From an uncultured Candidatus Rokubacteria bacterium (GTDB lineage: Bacteria; Methylomirabilota; Methylomirabilia; Rokubacteriales; CSP1-6): a DNA stretch of 64,000 bases. The position numbers and the translations under genes are program-made. Position 1 is the stretch's first letter; every line of letters begins with the position of its first letter. The stretch spans positions 544,001-608,000 of the forward strand of contig CAVYTA010000007.1 of the NCBI GenBank assembly GCA_963771355.1, written 5' to 3'. This document shows, piece by piece, positions 59,805 through 64,000 of this stretch. The notes beneath the pieces were generated by a model that worked only from the letters and a program-made list of their open reading frames with translations, ran no database searches and had not been told where the DNA came from.

Positions 59805-62800
59805 ATGAGCCTCTTCGTGTCGGGACCGATCCGGGCCGACCTGCTCAGTGCAGAGCGCCTCGAGCTGAAGGCCGAGTCCATCGCCCGGGACCGAGTGGTC
59901 GAGGGCAAGGTCGTCGATGCCTCCCTGCTTGGCCGCGTGCGGGACAACGGCCGGGTCTTGCTCCGGTGTTACCGGGCGCTCGCCGCGGTCATCGAGGAAG
60001 AGCGAGCCACCACCCCCGCCGCGGAATGGCTGGTCGACAACTTCCACATCGTCGAAGACGTCCTCAACGAGATCCGCACCGCCCTGCCGCCCGGCTTCTA
60101 CCGCCAGCTTCCCCGGCTCGGCGAGGGCCCGTTCACCGGCTCACCGCGCGTGGTCGGGCTTGCCTCGACCTTCGTGGCGCACACGGACAGCCGCTTCGAT
60201 CCCCTCGCGCTCCAGCGCTTCGTCTTGGCCTTCCAGCGCGTGCAGCCGCTCCAGATCAGCGAGCTGTGGGCGGTACCCATCGCCCTCCGCTTGACCTTGG
60301 TGGAGAACCTGCGCCGGCTCGCCGAGGAGATCGTCGAGGGCCGCGCGGATCGGCTCGCCGCGGATCGGCTCGCCGACATCCTGCTCGGACAGGGCGAAGG
60401 CCCTCCGGATCCCCTCGCGTTCCGGAGCCTGGGCGATCAGGTGCCGAGCACGCCCTTCGCCGTGCAGCTCGCCCAGCGCCTGCGCGATCAGGATCCCGAC
60501 GCCACCCCCGCCGCCCACTGGCTGGAGGAGCGGCTGGCCACCGTCGGAACCTCGTCGCAGGAGCTGGTGCGCGCCGAGCATCAGCGCCAGGGGGCGGCCA
60601 ACGTCAGCGTCCGCAACGTGATCACGAGCCTCCGCGTCATGGGGACGTTCGACTGGCACGAGTTCTTCGAGAGCGTGAGTCTCGTGGACCGGGTGCTGCG
60701 CGAGGAGAGCGCGTTCGGCGCGATGGACTTCGCCACCCGCGACCGGTACCGGCATGGCATCGAGGATCTCGCCCGCGGATCGGGCCGCACGGAGATGGAC
60801 GTCGCCCGCCAGGCTCTCGCGCTGGCGGGGGGAAGGGAAGACCCGGGCCACTACCTCATCTCGAAGGGCCGGCCCCGACTCGAGGAATCGCTCGACTATC
60901 GCACGTCGGTGCGGCAGCGCCTCGTCCGCGCCTACATGGCGTCCGCGACGTGGAGCTACCTCGGCTCGACCTTCATCGTCACCGCGTTCCTGCTGTGGTC
61001 GCCGCTCTTCTTCACCCATCATCTCGGGGTGAGCACGGCGCTGCTCGTGGTGCTCGGCGCCCTCGCGATATTTCCCGCCTCCGACGCCGCCACCGCGCTG
61101 ATCAACCGCGCGATGATGGAGCTGCTGCCCCCGCGCCCGCTGCCGCGGCTGGAGCTCGCCCGGGGCGTGCCGCCCGAGCTCAAGGCCCTGGTGGTTGTCC
61201 CCACGCTCCTGACGGACGAGGCGCAGATCGCCGAGCAGATCAGCCGCCTCGGGGTCCACTATCTCGCCAACTCCGACGGCGCGCTGCGGTTCGCCCTCCT
61301 CTCGGACTGGACCGACGCGCCCGGCGAGCACGCTCCCAGAGACGACGCGCTGCTCGCGGCGGCACGGGCGGGCATCGACGCGCTCAACCGCCAGTACGGG
61401 GCCGCCGCCGGGGGGGAGCCCCGCTTCTACCTCTTCCATCGCCGCCGCGTGTGGAGCGCGGGCGAGGGGACCTGGATGGGCTGGGAGCGCAAGCGGGGCA
61501 AGCTGCACGAGCTCAATCGGCTGCTGCGGGGCGCCGCCGACACCACCTTCCTCACCGCACCGGCGCCCTCCTCCGTGCCCGAGGACATCCGCTACGTGAT
61601 CACGCTCGATGCCGACACCCACCTGCCTCGCGGCGCGGCGGCGCGCCTGGTGGGAACGCTCGCCCACCCGCTCAACCGGGCGCGGCTCGACCCGCGCGAG
61701 CGTCGAGTGGTCGAGGGCTACGGGATCCTGCAGCCCCGCATCGCCCCCACGCTGCCCACCGACCGCGAGGGCTCGATCTACCAGCGGATCTCGTCCGGTC
61801 CGGCGGGCATCGACCCCTACGCCTCCGCGGTGTCGGACGTCTATCAGGACCTCTTCGGGGAGGGCTCGTATACCGGCAAGGGCATCTACGACGTCGATGC
61901 TTTCGAGAGCGCGCTCGCCGGGCGGGTGCCGGAGGGCGCGCTCCTGAGCCACGACCTGTTCGAGGGGCTATTCGCGCGGGCCGGGCTGGTCAGCGACATC
62001 GAGCTCTTCGAGGAGTTTCCGGCGCGCTACGAGGTCGCGGCGGCGCGGCAGCATCGCTGGGCGCGAGGTGACTGGCAGCTTCTCCCCTGGATCCTGCGCG
62101 GAGCGGCGGGCCGGGGCGCGGCGCGCGGGAGCATCACTCCGATCGGCCGGTGGAAGATGTTCGACAACCTGCGGCGCACGCTCTCCGCGCCCGCCGCCTA
62201 CCTCACCTTGCTCGTGGGCTGGACCTTGCCCGACGGGGTCGCGCTGATCTGGACCAAGTTCGTCCTGCTCGCCATCGCCATTCCGGCATTCATCCCGGTG
62301 TCGACGGAGATCCTGCCCCAGCGGCCCGGCATATCCAAGCGCGCCTACCTGCGGAGCGTGGCCGGGAGCCTCCTCCTGGCGATCGCCCAGGTCACCCTGT
62401 CGCTTGTCCTCCTCGCCCACCAGGCCTGGCTGATGGCCGACGCGGTGGTCCGGACCCTGGCGCGCCTCCTCTTCACGCGGCGTCGGCTCCTCGAGTGGGT
62501 CTCCGCCGCCCAGGTCAAGTCGAGCTCGACCCTCGAGCTGCGCAGCGTGTACGCACGCATGGCCGGGGCGCCCGTCCTCGCGCTGATCGCGGGCGTGGTG
62601 GCGATGTTGGCCCCGGGCGCGCACTGGATTCTCGCCGTCCCGCTCGTCACCTTCTGGCTGCTCTCGCCCGCCGTCGCCCGCTGGATCAGCCTGCCCCCCC
62701 GCGCCCGGCCGGCCGAGCAGCTGTCCCCCGGCGAGCGCGAGACCCTGCGCGCCACCGCGCGGCGAAGCTGGCGCTTCTTCGAGACGTTCGTGACCGCGGC

Positions 62801-64000
62801 GGAGAACGCGGTGCCGCCGGACAATTTCCAGGAAGACCCGCGCCCCGTGGTCGCCCGGCGGACCTCCCCCACGAATATCGGCCTCTACCTGCTCTCCACG
62901 GTGTCCGCCCGTGACTTCGGCTGGCTCGGCACCCTCGACATGGCGGACCGGCTGGAGGCCACCCTCGGCACGCTGGACCGGCTCGAGCGCTTCCGGGGGC
63001 ATTACTACAACTGGTACGACACCGGCGACCTCCGTCCGCTCGAGCCCCGCTATGTCTCCACCGTCGACAGCGGGAACCTCGCCGGCCATCTCTGCGTGCT
63101 CGCGGTGGCGGCGCGGGAGCGGACCGAGCGGCCCTTCGTGGAGGTGGAGGCGGCGGGGGGCATCGTGGACGCGCTGCGGCTCGTTGCCGAGGCCGCCCCC
63201 CTCACGCCGGGCGGAGCGGCGGAGCCCCTGCGGGCCGCGGTGGAGCGACTCATCGAGCGCCTCGCCACGCCGCCGGTGGCGGCCGGGGAGTGGGAGGTCC
63301 GCCTGCGCGCCCTCGCGTCGGACGCCGACGGCCTCACCGCGCTGGCGGAGGGGCTGGAAGGGGAGTCCCGGGGGCCGGCGCTGGCCTGGGTGAAGACGGT
63401 TCAGGCGACGATCACCGCCCATCGCCGCGACCTCGAGGCGCTGGCGCCCTGGGCCGAGCCGCTCGAGGCGCTTGCCGCCAGCGTGCCGGACGGGATGCTC
63501 GCCGGCCGGGAGGCGGTGGCGCGCGTGCGGAGCACGATCCCCGCGCTCCGCGACATGCCGGCCTGCGCCGAGGCGGCCGCGCAGGAGCTGGTCGAGCTCC
63601 TGGCCGCGGGCCGGGGCCAGGGCGTCGGGCTGGACGCCGGACGCGTCGGCAAGGTCATCGAGGCCATCGAGCGGTCGGGGCTGGCCGCCGCCGCGCTGGT
63701 CCGCCGCCTGGAGGAGATCTCCCGCGCCGCGCGGGAGCTCTTCGAGGCGATGCACTTCGGGTTCCTCTACGACGAGAGCCGCCACCTGTTCACCATCGGC
63801 TATCGGGTCTCGGATGGCTCGCTCGACGGCGGGCGCTACGACCTCCTGGCCTCCGAGGCGCGCCTCACCAGCTTCATCGCCGTCGCCCGCGGCGACGTCC
63901 CCGCCTCCCACTGGTTCCGGCTCGGGCGGCCCATGACGCCGGTGGAGCTGGGTACCGCGCTGCTGTCGTGGTCCGGCTCGATGTTCGAGTACCTCATGCC
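59805..64000 (+). CDS. ndvB: Cyclic beta-1,2-glucan synthase-like protein (NdvB/ChvB/Cgs), runs off the window
   Basis: Start and end in the same frame (no stop, so absent from ORF track): AEWLVDNF, WMGWERKRGKL, VITLDADT, SHDLFEG, RQHRWARGDWQ, PPDNFQE, RTSPTNIG, YDLLASEARL, SWSGSMFEYLMP. Confidence 0.9.
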   Translation, partial: MSLFVSGPIRADLLSAERLELKAESIARDRVVEGKVVDASLLGRVRDNGRVLLRCYRALAAVIEEERATTPAAEWLVDNFHIVEDVLNEIRTALPPGFYRQLPRLGEGPFTGSPRVVGLASTFVAHTDSRFDPLALQRFVLAFQRVQPLQISELWAVPIALRLTLVENLRRLAEEIVEGRADRLAADRLADILLGQGEGPPDPLAFRSLGDQVPSTPFAVQLAQRLRDQDPDATPAAHWLEERLATVGTSSQELVRAEHQRQGAANVSVRNVITSLRVMGTFDWHEFFESVSLVDRVLREESAFGAMDFATRDRYRHGIEDLARGSGRTEMDVARQALALAGGREDPGHYLISKGRPRLEESLDYRTSVRQRLVRAYMASATWSYLGSTFIVTAFLLWSPLFFTHHLGVSTALLVVLGALAIFPASDAATALINRAMMELLPPRPLPRLELARGVPPELKALVVVPTLLTDEAQIAEQISRLGVHYLANSDGALRFALLSDWTDAPGEHAPRDDALLAAARAGIDALNRQYGAAAGGEPRFYLFHRRRVWSAGEGTWMGWERKRGKLHELNRLLRGAADTTFLTAPAPSSVPEDIRYVITLDADTHLPRGAAARLVGTLAHPLNRARLDPRERRVVEGYGILQPRIAPTLPTDREGSIYQRISSGPAGIDPYASAVSDVYQDLFGEGSYTGKGIYDVDAFESALAGRVPEGALLSHDLFEGLFARAGLVSDIELFEEFPARYEVAAARQHRWARGDWQLLPWILRGAAGRGAARGSITPIGRWKMFDNLRRTLSAPAAYLTLLVGWTLPDGVALIWTKFVLLAIAIPAFIPVSTEILPQRPGISKRAYLRSVAGSLLLAIAQVTLSLVLLAHQAWLMADAVVRTLARLLFTRRRLLEWVSAAQVKSSSTLELRSVYARMAGAPVLALIAGVVAMLAPGAHWILAVPLVTFWLLSPAVARWISLPPRARPAEQLSPGERETLRATARRSWRFFETFVTAAENAVPPDNFQEDPRPVVARRTSPTNIGLYLLSTVSARDFGWLGTLDMADRLEATLGTLDRLERFRGHYYNWYDTGDLRPLEPRYVSTVDSGNLAGHLCVLAVAARERTERPFVEVEAAGGIVDALRLVAEAAPLTPGGAAEPLRAAVERLIERLATPPVAAGEWEVRLRALASDADGLTALAEGLEGESRGPALAWVKTVQATITAHRRDLEALAPWAEPLEALAASVPDGMLAGREAVARVRSTIPALRDMPACAEAAAQELVELLAAGRGQGVGLDAGRVGKVIEAIERSGLAAAALVRRLEEISRAARELFEAMHFGFLYDESRHLFTIGYRVSDGSLDGGRYDLLASEARLTSFIAVARGDVPASHWFRLGRPMTPVELGTALLSWSGSMFEYLM

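Overview
High-GC (~70% by eye) bacterial chromosome segment. Gene content and style suggest Candidatus Rokubacteria/Methylomirabilota, which is an inference only. The left part (1-37.3 kb) holds ABC transporters (family-5 and Liv-type), catabolic enzymes (two URO-D-like proteins, D-threonine-aldolase-like, ThDP enzyme, DAO, CaiB CoA-transferase plus HMG-CoA-lyase-like, LLM, ATP-grasp, S9 peptidase), a vanadium-haloperoxidase-like lipoprotein, an AT-rich orphan lipoprotein, an OmpR-type two-component system and a long TPR protein. The right part (37.4-64 kb) is a signalling and general-stress island: four hybrid histidine kinases, a KaiC-like ATPase, an NtrC-family activator, csbD, ligD, BON, DUF3309, DUF748, several small proteins and a cyclic beta-1,2-glucan-synthase-like gene. 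Main observation: eight consensus and one near-consensus sigma-54 (-24/-12) promoters precede most transcription units between 46.5 and 59.7 kb. A recurring tandem 13-bp box centred on TACC-N-GGTA lies about 90-165 bp upstream of six of them. This suggests a sigma-54/bEBP-controlled general stress regulon. Two 'enzyme-like protein plus hybrid kinase' pairs (atypical MetE-like and KaiC-like) are candidate inputs. About ten reading-frame breaks, mostly explainable by single-base insertions, look like sequencing error rather than pseudogenes. No rRNA, tRNA, CRISPR array or transposase was seen.
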